Assembly (NCBI RefSeq): GCF_009834535.1
Contig: NC_045697.1
Location: forward strand, 110,114,001 to 110,178,000
Source: Camelus ferus
Lineage: Eukaryota
Direction: 5' to 3'
DNA length: 64,000 nt
Below are positions 1-13,360 of this stretch, in pieces. The position numbers were made by a program, and so were the translations under genes. Each line of letters starts with the position of its first letter. Positions within the stretch are counted from its first letter, which is position 1. Under the pieces are notes generated by a model, which searched no databases, was not told the DNA's origin, and was given only the letters and a program-made list of their open reading frames with translations.

Positions 1-714
1 AGAAAGGAAAATATTCTGAAGATGGGTTTTTCTGAAGCTGAATTTCTCCTGTATATTCACTAATTGAAAATATGGACTGAGGCTCTGCAAAGCTAAAAAT
101 GACAGTTCCGTTGGGCCCCAAGTCTGGGTCACTGGCTCTCAGGATGGCAGTTGTCCGGTTTGTAGGTGACTGGCGGGAAAGAAAAATATCAAAGGGGTTC
201 TGTTCCCAAACTGGATCATTGTCATTAACATCAGTGACATGTACTTGGATAATCGCTGTGGTGCTTCTCGAGCCCTGGATGCCACAGTCTCTAGCCACAG
301 CCCTGAACGTGTGTTCAGATCGGGCTTCTCGGTCGAGGGTGTGGCCAGTTCTCAATATGCCAGTCATGGGATCAATGGTGAACGCCCCAGGGGCCGCATC
401 CACCAGAGAATACTCAGTTTGCCCATTCAGGCCTTCATCCTTGTCCACAGCAGAGAGCACGAGGACCACAGTTCCCACCTGAGCATCCTCTCTCACGGAG
501 GACCAGTAATGGAGCTTGGGGAAGGCAGGGCTGTGGTCATTGTCATCCAGAACTCTGACCTGCAGCTGCATGACGGCACTCCTGGGTGGATCCCCCAAAT
601 CAGAGCACAGGATGACTAGAGCGAAGTCGCTGACTTGCTCCCGGTCCAAAGCGCGAGTGGTTGAGAGCTCTCCCGACGTTTCATTGACAGCAAAACACTC
701 ATCGGTGTTTCCCT
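1..714 (-). CDS. DCHS2: DCHS2 coding exon (~exon 13), truncated by window edge; cadherin repeats
   Basis: Acceptor ttttctttaatag|AG at 716/715. Hand translation is open to position 1: (E)GNTDECFAVNETSGELSTTRALDREQ...VLDDNDHSPAF...TLDREARSEH...VTDVNDNDPVW...NPSSEYFPF, with LDRE and DxNDxxP motifs. Not in the ORF track. Confidence 0.95.
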
Positions 715-985
715 CTATTAAAGAAAACAAATTCCAAGTCCATTTGAATTGAAAAAGTAGCAGCCCTTTGCTATGAATATATATGTAATATATACACACA
801 TTCAATAAACATTTCCTGATTATTACATCTTAGGACTTTTGTAAACACTTTTGTCAGTCTATGATAAAAAGTCCCTGCCCGCATGAAGCTTCTATTACGG
901 GGGATAAACAACATGATGTAATTCAATATCTATCTTAGTTCAGTGCGTAATTCATAATGCTTGCTGTGACTGATTTGCAATAGTA

Positions 986-991
<6 letters not shown>

Positions 992-1022
<31 letters not shown>
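992..1022. repeat. (TG)n microsatellite
   Basis: About 15 TG units. Confidence 0.95.
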
Positions 1023-1024
<2 letters not shown>

Positions 1025-1759
1025 AACTTCAACTTTTTAAATTTATATATTTTTCCCCTTGAGAGGATTAAAATGCATGTTCTATTTGAAATAAAATAAT
1101 AGTAGACAGGGATAAGAAGCAGGATGTCCATTTTGAGGTATCAATCAAAAGTTAACAGATAGATTTACAACGGCACATTTGTAATTTTCCCAAATGTTAC
1201 TCACTCCAGATGGAGTGCTGGTTATACTATTACATTAAGTGCCTCTTCTGCATTTCCTGGCCTTTTGTGCATGAATCATAGCATTTCTGTTAGAGAGAGT
1301 AGAACACCTGTCTGTTTCTTCCATAACATAAGCAAGGGTGATGTTTTATTCTTCTCTGTCTCCTTCAGAAGGTTTCCTTTTACTATTATCCACGGTACCA
1401 AGTAGAAGAAAAGTTGAAACTAAACACAGGGATAAAAAACTTCCAAAGATGTTTTAAAACCTCAGCCTGAAAATTAGTTGGGAAAATGTGGTTCGGTGAC
1501 CTACTAGCCATATTCTTGGATGAGGGGCATGTTCTTGGACAAGGGGCACTGTCCCCAGTAGGGTGGGAGTCTACTGGAGGCTGCCAGAGGCTCATGGAAG
1601 AAGTGGACCAGCATTCTGAGAAAACAGTCATAGGTAGTGCTGGGGCCGGGGAGAAGGGACCTGCACCGGGATGTCCTCACAAGACACAGTGAATTTGTAC
1701 CTAACATATGGATGACGAGACAAACTACATTTCTGTGGCAATTGTGGTTGATAAAGTAA

Positions 1760-2450
1760 GTCATTTCTTCAGCAAACATTTAAAGAACACCTATCGTGTA
1801 CCAAGTATGTGCTGGTCGCTGGGAATACGAGGAGAAGACATGGTTCTCGCTTCCAAGAGTTTACAGTCCAGGAAGAGAGGCAGGTCAGTACCTGGACTTT
1901 GAAGTGTGGTGTGAAACTCACACATGCAGGGTGCTGGGAAGCACTTTGGAAGAGCAGAGCGGTCCTGCGTTAGGATGGCCAGGAAATGCCTATTGGAAAG
2001 AGTGACATGAAAACTGACTCCTAAAGGGGAGGAAGCCAGGCTACAAGTCTCAGGAGGAGGGAAGAGGAAGAGGGCAGAGGGAAGAGCCTGGGTGAAGTCT
2101 GAGGAATATGAGAAATCAGCAGTAGCAAATGTCTTCATGTGACTAGAACACAGGATTCCCTGGGTATCTGAGTGTAGAGAGCAGCAGGGCACCGAATCAT
2201 GAACAGCCCTGTGTACAGTGCTGAAGAGTCTCTATTTTATCTTAAAATCTTTGGGGAACCCCCGCAGGATTGTAGACAGGAAAACGTCATGAATCACATT
2301 TCTGTTTCAGGAAGGGTACTGGGCAGCGATGTCAAAGCTTGACTAGCGTAAGAAAAATTAGGAGGCTATTAGAAGTAATCTACATGAGCGATGAGGAGGT
2401 TCTGAAATAAAGACTGGGTCCTTGAGGCTGTCAGAAAAAAAAATGTGAAA
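1760..2450 (-). mobile_element. L2 LINE fossil (3' region)
   Basis: tcatt..cagcaaacattta..cacctatcgtgtaccaagtatgtgctgg is a typical L2 3' end, followed by purine-rich L2 body. Confidence 0.6.
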
Positions 2451-3029
2451 TAGTCTGAAATGGAAGGAAAAAAATGTGAGTGTTGTGGAGTAAAAATAAA
2501 AAATGTGAGTGGGTGACTGGTCTGGCTTTGTCATCAGCGTTGTCTCCCAGGTATTTTATCTTCATTGTCTTTCAGCTGTTTTATCGCCCTGCAAATTGTT
2601 GAAAATTAATAAATAATGAAAATGGTTCTTGTCCACAGAAATTCAAATTAATCATGTCTAGTGGAATGCGAATGATCATTTTCTTGTGGGTAGACCTCTC
2701 CTGCATTTCAGAATTCCTTATTTTCTGCGTGTGGGTTGGATGTCTCCTTGAACCAATTTTAACATCACTTTGGTTTGTCCATTAGTTAATGAGGTGAATA
2801 AAAATCGTTGGAAGTTGTTAATTTTATGTTTGTATGACAGTAATTCTTTTACTTTAAAAAATGGTCTTTGATGGGGAGTTCTGGAGTGAGGGTGGCACAC
2901 AGCCAAGTCCACAGCCCACTACAAGGACATAAAGTGTGAACAAAAATGCAATTTCTTGCCAAAGGCACTGATCCCAATTCTGCTCTCTCGCTGTAAAAAG
3001 AAAGAGAGAGTGGGAAATAAAAATTTATT

Positions 3030-5963
3030 AGGAGGTGGGAAGACCCTGGATTCACCTTCCCCCAAGAACACATCAAAACTACAAACTACATATAGAGACA
3101 CTTTCTCTGGGAATGACCTGAAGATGAGCAGAATGGCTGTTCTGCAACCAAGCTTACGAAGAAAGAACCATGAGGAGTCTAGTAAGAGGGAAGAAGAAAT
3201 CTAGTCAAGACCCACACCTCTGGTGGGAGAGCCAGAAGAGGAGAAGGATTTCACAGGCTCAGGGATCCACCCTCAGGAGTGAGGGGTCTGAGCCCCACCT
3301 TGGGCACCCCAGCCCTGGAGTCCAAGACTGGGAATACCAGCCCCTTCAGGTGGTTTGAAAACCCACGGAGCTTAGTGGAGGGCTGTCGGAAACTGAGATT
3401 CTGCTCTTGTAGAGCACGAGCACAAACTTGTTTGTTCCCAGCCCCAGCACAGAGGCAGCAGACTGAAAACCACCTGGCATTCTGGTCAGTCTGCCCTGAC
3501 TGCTCCAGTGCACCTCACCCCTGCTTGAAACAGGCTCTTACCTCAGCTCCTCATGCTCCAGCCTCACTCCTTTACAAGGCAGTGACCACCACTGCACTTT
3601 GGGAGAAGCCAGTTCTTGCACCAAGTTCCTGTTCCAGACCCTTAGGTCCCAGCACCACCCCTGGCCAAGGCAGAAGCTCCTTTAGCACTGAAGAGAAGCT
3701 AGGCTTGCTCAGGATTGTAGCGCCAGCCCCTCAGGCCCTGGCCCCACCCCCTGACAGGGCAGTGACTGCTAGCGCACCCCAGGAGAAGACATGGCCCACG
3801 ACCACTTTAGATCCAGCTCTCCCACCAAAGCCACTGGGCAGACTGCATAAGAATGTGCCAACATAAGACATGCCTTCAAGACTGAAGTAGGTATGTTTTG
3901 CTTAATTTCATAGAGACAAACAGAGAAAGTCAAACAAAATAAGAAGACAGAAGAACATGTTCCAAAGGAGGGGAGGGAAAGTAATAAAACAGAGATAAGT
4001 AGTTACCTGATAAAGGGTTCAAAGCAATAGCCATAAAAAAATTCCACCAAACTTGGGAAAAGAATAGAGGAACACAGTGTGAACTTCAACAAATGATGAT
4101 AAAATATAAAAAAGAACAAATTAAAGCTGAAGAATACAGTAACTAAAAGGAAAAATACGCTAGAAGGAATTAATAGCAGGTCAGGTGATAATAGAGGAAC
4201 ACATAAGTGAACTGTAGTCCGAAAAGTGAAAAACACCCAATCAGAACAGCAAAAAGAAAAAGAAAAATTTAAGTGAGGATAATTGAAGGGACCTCTAGAT
4301 CATCAAGCAAACTAACATTTGCATTATAGGAATCACAGAAGAGAGAGAGAAAAAGGCAGATGACATATATGATGAAATTATGGCTGAAAACACCACTAAC
4401 CTGAAAAGCGAAATAGATATCCAGGTCCACAAAGGACAGAGTTCTAAACAAGATGAACCCAAGGAGACCCACACCAAGATACATCAAAATTAAAATAGAA
4501 AAACTTAGTATGAGAGAATTTTAAAGGCAGAAAGAGGGAAACAAAGAGTCACATACAAGGGAACTCTCATAACTATTAGCTGCTTTTTCAGAAGCAATAT
4601 TGCAAGCCAGAGAGAGTGGCATGACATATTTAAAGTGCTGAAAGGAAAGAACCTACAACCAAGGACACTCTACCCAGCAAGGTTATCATCCAGAATTGAA
4701 GGAGAGGTAAAGAGTTTCCTGGACAAGTGAAAACTAACAGAGGTCATCACTACCACTAAACTGGCCTTATGAGAAATGTTAAAGTGTCTTCTTTAAGTGA
4801 AAAAGAAAATGCTATAACAACAAATAAAAAAAGACATGAAGAAAAAAACCTTAATGGTAAAGGCTACTTAAATAAGGTAGTACAAAGGTTAAAAAACAAA
4901 AATTGTAAAATCAACTATAACCACAATAAACAGTTAAGAGGTACAAATAAAGATGTAAAATATGACAACAAAACATAAAACATAGTGGAAAGGAAGAAAA
5001 AAACGTAGTGCTTTTAGAATGCGTTTGAACTTAAATGACTATGTTTAAGATAAGTATATATATAATTGATATATATGAACCCTATGTTAACCACAAATCA
5101 AAAATCTACAACAGATACACAAAAACAAACAGAAAGGAACCCAAAAATAATACTAAAAAATATCATTAAAATGCAAGGGAATAGACTAAAAGAAGAAAAG
5201 AACAGAGAGGAACTACAAAACCAACCATAAAACAAGTAACAAAAATAGCAATAAGAACATACTTATCAATAATTATATAAGTAGATTAAATGCTCCAATC
5301 ATAGGAAATGGGGTGGCTGAATGAATAATAAAGCAAAACTCATCTATATGCTGCCTACAAGAGACTCACTTCAGGTCTTAAGACACACACACCTGAAAGT
5401 GAAAAAATGGAAAAAGACATTCCATGCAAATAGAAACGAAAAGAAAGCTGGGATAACAATTAGAATATCAGAAAAAAAATAGACTTTAAAACGAAGTTTG
5501 CAACAAAAATGAAGAAGGGCATTTTATAATGATAAAGAGGTCAATACAAGAAGAAGATATAACATTAATAAACATATATGCACCTTGTATAGGAGCACCT
5601 AAATTTATAAAGCAAATATTAACAGACACAAAGGAAGAAATGGACAGTAATACAATAATAGTAGGAAAACTTAATACCCCATCCAGACAGAAAATCAATA
5701 AGGAAACAATGGCCTTATGACATATCAGGTCACGTGGACTCAATAGATACACATAAGATATTTCATTAAAAACAGCAGAAAACACATTCTTTTCAAGTGA
5801 ACGTGGAACATTCTCCAGTATAGATAATGTGCTAGGCCACAAAAAATTTTCCAACAAATTTAAGAAGATGGAAATCATAACAAGTATCTTTTCTGATCAC
5901 AGTGGTATGAAACTAGAAATCAATTACAGGAAGAAAACTGGAAAAACCACAAACACGTGGAGG
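3030..5963 (+). mobile_element. Old L1: 5' UTR, ORF1 and ORF2 endonuclease domain, 3'-truncated
   Basis: GC-richer 5' UTR (~3030-3870); ORF1 remnant (RPTPRYIKIK-like, aacctacaaccaaggacactctaccca); EN remnant (tgctgcctacaagagactcac, SIQEEDITLINIYAP, FSDH); many stops. Confidence 0.9.
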
Positions 5964-6741
5964 GTGAGATAAATGATGTTATTCATTTGCATACTAGAAA
6001 TGCTAATACTTATATTCACTGACATGAATCATTTATACTGTATATTAGTCTAAAATAAGATAAAATAGCATACATAAATTATTCAACAGTGTAAAATCGG
6101 TTTGTTTCATTCACTGAGGTTCATGGAAAAGTATTTTTCCAAAGATCAAATCAGTTATCTCTGCAAGATATAAGATTTTTTATTTATTACTGTTGTTTTT
6201 CATCAATTGTGTATATATGCTGCAAGTATATATCATTTTATCATCAGGGTGAAAAAAAAGGCCATAAAACAATTCTCATTTTGGAGCAAAATGGGTGGTA
6301 CACAGAAAGCGTGGCTTGGTATAGAATTTTTAGCAGAGAGTGACAGCTTCCAGAAGCTAGTCTCAAAGCTCTTTTTACAAGACCCTAAAACAGCTTCTTT
6401 TCATCAGAAGCAGTCTCTCAAGCATTACTCTAGCTTCAATTCATATTTTATATGTACTCTGACATATGCTGAAAATTAGCTTCTTCACTCTTTTTTTTTT
6501 TTTTTCTTTTTTAGTGAATAAGATATGGCCTTCTCAAGACTGCCATGCTAATGTTAATGTTCCTCTGCCAGTAACTTTATGTCTCTGATCTAGAGAGCGA
6601 TGTCACAAAATTATGTTCTAGGGTAGAAGTTCCTTAAGACCTCGATCTCCGGAGTAAGACTAGATCTGAAGTGCTTCATTGGTCTTTAGACCTGGGAACT
6701 CTCTGTCTACTCCCAACCTCTAGACCTGAAAGAAAGGCTTT

Positions 6742-9652
6742 TGTGTATGGTGTATATATCTCCCTGTGCTACACAGTACAATCTTGTTTATCTATTCTAC
6801 ATTTAGAAATCCCGGTCCCTTCCCACCACCCATCCTTCTGGCAACCACAAGTTTGTATTCTATGTCTATGAGTCTGTTTCTGTTTTTTTTTTTTTTTCTA
6901 TTTTCTGTTTTTCTATTTGTGTGTGTGTTTTTTTGTTTTTCGTTTTTTGTTTTTTTTTTTTAGATTCCACATATGAGCGATCTCATATGGTATTTTTCTT
7001 TCTCTTTCTGGCTTACTTCACTTAGAATGACATTCTCCAGGAACATCCATGTTGCTGCAAATGGCATTATGTTGTCAGTTTATACAGCTGAATAGTATTC
7101 CATTTTATAAATACACCACCTCTTCTTTATCCAGTCATCTGTTGATGGACATTTAGGCTGTTTCCATGTCTTAGCTATTGTAAATAGTGCTACTATGAAC
7201 ATTGGGGTGCAGGTGTCATTTTGAAGTAGGATTCCTTCTGGATACAAGCCCAGGAGTGGGATTCCTGGGTCATATGGTAAGTCTATTCCTAGTCTTTTGA
7301 GGAATCTCCATACTGTTTTCCACAGTGGCTGCACCAAACTGCATTCCCACCAGCAGTAGAGCCTCTCCAGCATTTGCCATTTGTGGACTTTTGAATGATG
7401 GCCATTCTGACTGGTGTGGGGTGATGCCTGATTATAGTTTTGATTTGCATTTCTCTGATAATTAGTGATACTGAACATTTTTTCATGTGCCTATTTATCA
7501 TTTGTATGTCTTCCTTGGAGAATTGCTTGTTTAGGTCTTCTGCCCATTTTTGGATTGGGTTATTTGTTTTTTTCTTATTAAGTCATATGAGCTGCTTATA
7601 TAGTGTGGAGATCACGCCTTTGTCAGTTTCACTGGCAAAAATTTTCTCCCATTCCGTAGGTTGTCGTTTTGTTTTACTTATGGTTTCCTTTGCTGTGCAA
7701 AAGCTTGTAAGTTTAGTTAGGTCCCATTTGTTTACTCTTGCTTTTATTTCTATTGCTTGGGTAGACTGCCCTAGGAGAGCATTTTTGAGATGTATGTCAG
7801 ATAATGTTTTGCCTATATTTTCTTCTAGGAGGTTTATTGTATCTTGTCTTATGTTTAAGTCTTTAATCCATTTTGAGTTGATTTTTGTGTATGGTGTAAG
7901 GGAGTGTTCTAGCTTCATTGCTTTACATGCTGCTGTCCAGTTTTCCCAACACCATTTGCTGAAGTGACTGTCTTTATTCCATTGTATATTCTTGCCTCCT
8001 TTGTCGAAGATGAGTTGACCAAAAGTTTGTGGGTTCATTTCTGGGCTCTCTATTCTGTTCTATTGGTCCATATGTCTGTTTTTGTACCAATACCTTGCTG
8101 TCTTGATGACTGTAGCTCTGTAGTATTGTCTGAAGTCTAGGAGAGTTATTCCTCCAGCCTCATTCTTTTTCTTCAGTAATGCTTTGTCACTTCTAGGTCC
8201 TTGATGGTTCCATATAAATTTTATTATGATTTGTTCTAGTTCTGTGAAATATGTCCTGGGTAATTTGATAGGGATTGCATTAAATCTGTAGATTGCTTTG
8301 TGTAGTGTGACCATTTTAACAATATTGATTATTCCAATCCAGGAGCATGGGATATCTTTCCATTTTTTAAAAGTCTTCTTTAATTTCCTTCATCAATGGT
8401 TTATAGTTTTCCATGTATAAGTATTTCACCTCCTTGGTTAGATTTATTCCTAGGTATTTTATTACTTTGGGTGTTATTTTAAAGGGGATTATTTTACTTT
8501 CTTTTTTCTGTTGATTCATCGTTAGTGTAAAGAAATGTAACTGATTTTTGAACGTTAATCTTGTAACCTGCTACCTTGCTGAATCTTCGATCAGCTCTAG
8601 TAGTTTTTGTGTGGACCTTTGAGGGTTTTCTATATATAGTATCATGTCATCTGCATATAATGACACCGTTACCTCTTCTTTTCCAGTTTGGATCCCTTTT
8701 ATTTCTCTCTCTTGTCTGATTTCTGTGGCTAGGACTTCCAAGACTATGTTGAATAGGAGTGGTGATAGTGGGCATCCTTGTCTTGTCCCAGATTTTAGTG
8801 GGAAGCCTTTGAGTCTTTCACTGTTGAGTACTATGCTGGCTGTAGGCTTGTCATATATAGCTTTTATTATGTTGAGATATGTTCCCTCTATACCCACTTT
8901 GGTGAGAGTTTTTATCACAAATGAGTGTTGAATTTTATCAAAAGCTTTTTCTGCATCTATTGAGATGATCATGTCGTTTTTGTCCTTTCTCTTGTCGATG
9001 TAATGTATTACATTGATTGATTTGCATATGTTGAACCACCCTTGTGTCCCTGGGATGAACCCCACTTGATCATGATGTATAATCTTTTTTATGTGCTGTT
9101 GGATTCTATTTGCTAGTATTTTGGAAAGGATTTTTGCATCTATGTTCATCAGTGATATTGGTCTGTAATTCCCTTTTTTGGTGGTGTCTTTGCCTGGTTT
9201 TGGTATCAGGGTGATGGTGGCTTCATAGAATGAATTTGGGAGTATTCCTTCTTTTTCAGTCTTCTGGAAGAGTTTGAGAAGGACTGGTATGAGTTCTTCT
9301 TTGTATGTTTGGTAGAATTCCCTGGTGATGCTGTCCAGTCCTGGACTTTTATTCGTAGGGAGGTTTTTTATTGCTAATTTGATTTCATTTCTAGTGATCA
9401 GTTTGTTCAAATGGTCAGTTTCTTCTTGATCCAGTCTTGGTGGACAGTATGTTTCCAGAAACTTGTCCATCTCCTCTAGGTTATCCAGTTTGGTTCCATA
9501 TAGTTTTTCATAATATTCTCATATGATATTCTGTATTTCTATGTTATTTGTTGTAATTTCTCCATTTTCCTTTCTTATTTTGCTTATTTGTGCTCTTTTT
9601 CCTTCTTTGTGAGTTTGGCCAGAGGTTTGTTGATTTTATTTACTCTTTCAAA
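6742..9652 (-). mobile_element. Young 5'-truncated L1 (ORF2 RT to 3' UTR), no poly(A) tail, 13-bp TSD
   Basis: RT motifs [10 protein letters not shown] and YADD in ORF 8571-9470; frameshift near 8585; C-terminal LYCWWEC..QPLWK; TSD aaagaaaggcttt (6729-6741) / aaagaaagtcttt (9653-9665). Confidence 0.95.
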
Positions 9653-9994
9653 AAAGAAAGTCTTTATTGCTCAAATTAGTAAAAATAAGTGATCATATGA
9701 GAAAAATGAAAATAGAAAAAAAAGATCTGTTCCTTCTGTACATTCACTAATGTCAGTGGATTACTAACAACAAGAGTTGTCAAGGGCAGGGTTTTGAGGC
9801 GTTTGGAGCTCAGAGGTTCAGGGGAGGAGGAGGAGAGGAAACCCAGGGCACCAGTCAGTTTTTCCTACAGGGTGTGTATTGTGTAGACACTGTGTAGACA
9901 CCAAATGCAGAATACTCGCCATGAAGCGTGTGCCAACCAAGTTGGTATCCTGGAGAGGTGGCGGGGGTGGGTGTTAAATAAAGAAAATACTTAC

Positions 9995-10204
9995 CAATTA
10001 TGTGATATCTAACAGCTCCGTTACTGCCAGCATCCATATCAGAGGCCAAAACAGTGTAGACAAGTCCTGGCTCACGGTTTTCCAGAACCTCAATGTCACG
10101 GGTGGGTACAATAATCTCCGGTGCATGATCGTTTTCATCTTCCACGGTGCAGAGAATCGTTGTGGTGCCGGACAGCATAGGGACTCCCCCGTCTCGTACA
10201 AGTA
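9995..10204 (-). CDS. DCHS2: DCHS2 coding exon (~exon 12), 210 nt, phase 1-1
   Basis: ccttgtcag|TA...ATTG|gtaagt; VLVRDGGVPMLSGTTTILCTVEDENDHAPE...DMDAGSNGAVRYHII. Confidence 0.95.
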
Positions 10205-10418
10205 CTGACAAGGAATAAAAGACCACACAGACAGTGGCTCTTAATTCATACCTCCAATATATTGCCCTAACCAGACAGCATCAGACCAAATTAACTGGGT
10301 AGCACTGGATCAATAACACTGTATTTAAAGACGCCCTACTGAAAGGTAAAATTTCACCTCTAACCTCCCGTCTGCCTATTTTTGTGTGTTTGTTTAGCAC
10401 ACTCAAGGGACCCCTTAC

Positions 10419-10553
10419 CTCGAAGGGTGAGGACTTCCTGAACTTCTCTGTCCAGTGTGGTGGCTGTCACTACCTCCCCAGTGTCAGGATTTATCTTGAA
10501 CAACCCGGATGAAGCACCTGGCATGAGTTCAAACTGAAGCTTGGAATTGATTC
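10419..10553 (-). CDS. DCHS2: DCHS2 coding exon (~exon 11), 135 nt, phase 1-1
   Basis: cctttag|GA...CGAG|gtaagg; GINSKLQFELMPGASSGLFKINPDTGEVVTATTLDREVQEVLTLR. Confidence 0.95.
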
Positions 10554-11430
10554 CTAAAGGAAAATACAGAGAAACACTAAGCAATTATCCCGATGGAATC
10601 CATCTGTCTGTCTTCCCTTTCCCTATGAACTTGTTAGGCCACAGATGAAAAAGGCAAGGCACTTAACCTTCAAATTAAAGTCAAAAACAAAAACAAAAAA
10701 CACAGCTCTTTGGGCTGTTCTTGTTAAATAAAAGCCTCATGGGCTGAAATACTTGATTTTCAAAAGTCTTATGAGACTTCTCCATGATGAATGCTTAAGA
10801 TTTTCTCCCTCTCATGAAAAATTTCTTATGAGTGTGCAACCCTAATATTCCTAATTACTCCTTCTAACACCTCTGACTGTGATTTAATGGCATAATTGTA
10901 AGTTTGCAGGGCCAGCGATAATTTCTGTAGATGGACACCCCTGTTTAAAAACTCGTGCTCAGTTGTGTTACTCTGTTCATTCTTCAGCACGGGAGGCCAG
11001 CACATAGAGTTGCTTATGTGTGTGTCTTGTGTTCACTTTGTTTTCTACTCAGCATTCGGTCTCCTATCTGGAGTGAGAAATGCGGTACCGCGTAATTACG
11101 CATTTTGGAAATAATTCTTCCCTTATTTCTGTGGTTGTATTTCTCCCCTAAGAAAAGCGTCACGCCATTTCCATCACTGGTTATGAAGATCACTCGTACC
11201 GTTCACTTGAACGAGTCTGTCCTATGACATTGAAGCTCACTTGCACTTCACGCAAGTTCCTTTCGATCATTTCTGTGCTCTTTTCTTAACGAACAAGAAT
11301 CTAGCTATAGATACAGTACTCAGTGTAAATAGTTTTACACTTTAATAAAAGGTGAAATACTGTCCTCTGGACTTCACAGACAACTTCAATTACAAATTTC
11401 CATCTTGCCAGTCTTAAAAAGTACATTTTC

Positions 11431-11688
11431 CCAAGGGAGCGGGGGGTGGGGGGTGGGAAGGGACAGACTGGGATTTCAAAATTTGTAGATACTGACAGGC
11501 ATATGCAGAATAGATAAACAAGGTTATGCTGTATAGCACAGGGGAATATATACAAGATCTTGTGGCAGCTCACAGCGAAAAAAAGTGACAATGAATATAT
11601 GTATGTTCATGTATAACTGAAAAATTGTGCTCTACACTGGAATTTGACACAACATTGTTAAACTATAACTCAATAAAAAATGTTTAAA
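11431..11688 (+). mobile_element. L1 3' UTR fragment (camelid-type) with TSD
   Basis: gggtgggaagggacagactggg...ctcaataaaaaa; TSD aaaaagtacattttc (11416-11430) / aaaaagtaaattttc (11689-11703) at a TT/AAAA site. Confidence 0.9.
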
Positions 11689-13140
11689 AAAAAGTAAATT
11701 TTCTTCTGCCATGGTCTACTAGGTATAATACTGAACTGAGCACTGGAAAAAGTGGAATACAATGCTAGTTTTATATGAGGATAAATATATATGTCTTCTT
11801 ACTATGTCACTTGAAAGAGAAGGGATATTTGGGACAAACTTCAGGCATATTAATGACCTAGAGAAAACAGTCTAATAATATAGGATCAATATATTTGAGA
11901 TAGCATGACCAGAAGTCACCAGATGCTGTATTTATTCCAGAAGATTATAAGGAGGAAGAAGCAATGCCCTAACTGAGTTCTAAAAGAGCCATAGGATATT
12001 ACTTTGAATTTATCCCACATTATTTAAACAGAGAAGGGTGCAAAGTCTGGAGTGTGAAGATGTGTTTGTGCAAACTCCAGTTATAAATAAAGACCTCATT
12101 TATCCTTAATAATATACGAGGAGGTTTTGAAGGGGAGTGGATTGTTACCTCAGGGATGAAAGTCTATGTAGAATAATAGAAATAATAAAATCTGAAAGTT
12201 TTTAAAAAGTCAGGAAGTATTGGATACAGAGGTAAAGCACATTAGAGAATAACTGTACTGATGTAGTAGGAAATTTTAGATTTGAGTTTACGTTTAAGCA
12301 CATGAAGACATTTTCTAGGTTTGACAAGTGATGGGAATTAAACATATATAATATATGATACAATATGTAATATATATAATGTATAACACATAATGACATC
12401 ATATATAATGAGTGGATTTATTTCAAAAATAAAAGGTCCCAAAATGAAAAGATGCCACTCTCCATGAAAGTTCTGTGAAGGCAGAGGCCACACTGGTTTG
12501 ACGCATCACTGGGCTGTCCCTTTGGCAAGCAGCACTATGCCTGGCCAATTATGCTCACCACCTATCTATTTGAGGACCAACAGAAGTAGATGTAAGATGG
12601 TACTGTTCCCATTTTCACAATGTGGGATGAGACAGACAGGAACAACAGATTCTAACAGTCTGGAATTTTTAGAAATTCTGTCTTGGTTAAAAAAAGAGAT
12701 GATGTGATCATTATGAGATCAAAGTAATCACTATAATTATTAAATAATCTTCTCTAGATGTAAAAATCAAGAATTTTTTTCCTCCTCTTCTATAGCCAAG
12801 CTTCTTAGAAAAATGCTGTCCATTCTCTGTGGCTAGCTTGAAGCCAGTGCCATTCGAGTTATTCTTTCTACAGTCACCAATGAGCTTCTCGTTATAAAAT
12901 CTACTGTCTGTGTTTAGTTCTTACCTGACTTGTCTTCTATCTGACTTCAGATATTGCTGACTGGTTTAAAAAAAAAAAAACACACACAGAAAGGAAGGAA
13001 CAAAGAGAGAGAGGAAGGAGGGGGGAAGGAGTTCATTCTATCTCCCTTCCGACTCACTGCCATCAGTTTCCACCCATATTGCATCTGATGAGCAGAAAAT
13101 AGCAAAGTCACTCAGATGTCTTCCTTAGATACATGTTAGA

Positions 13141-13360
13141 CCAGTGGTTGGCAAAGTATAGCCTACTGGCCAAATCCAGCCTGACCCGGGGTTTTGTAAA
13201 GTTCCATTGAAACCCAGCCACACTCATTTCTTTACATATTATCTATTGCTGCAGCCTTGTTCCAATATCAGAGGTGAGTGACAGAGACCGTATGGCTTGC
13301 AAAGCCCCCAAATTCAGTACCTTGTCTTTTACAGAGAAAATTTTGCATAACCTGGTCCCC
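13141..13360. mobile_element. MER58A-like hAT-Charlie fossil
   Basis: cagtggttggcaaa..ggccaaatccagcc...acagagaccgtatggcttgcaaagcc..tttacagagaaaatttt matches recalled MER58. Confidence 0.75.

Noticed and set aside
3279..3866. 195-aa ORF
   Set aside because: Lies in the C-rich L1 5' UTR; no recognisable protein features.
6491..6512. T-run as the poly(A) tail of the minus L1 with a 3' transduction
   Set aside because: No matching TSD there; a better TSD lies at 6729-6741.
8571..9470. 299-aa reverse transcriptase ORF as a novel or active RT system
   Set aside because: Ordinary L1 ORF2 fragment, 5'-truncated and frameshifted.
3030..9652. Convergent L1 pieces as one inverted element or a dsRNA pair
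   Set aside because: They differ in apparent age, are separated by ~780 bp of non-L1 DNA, share no L1 region, and the minus copy has its own TSD.
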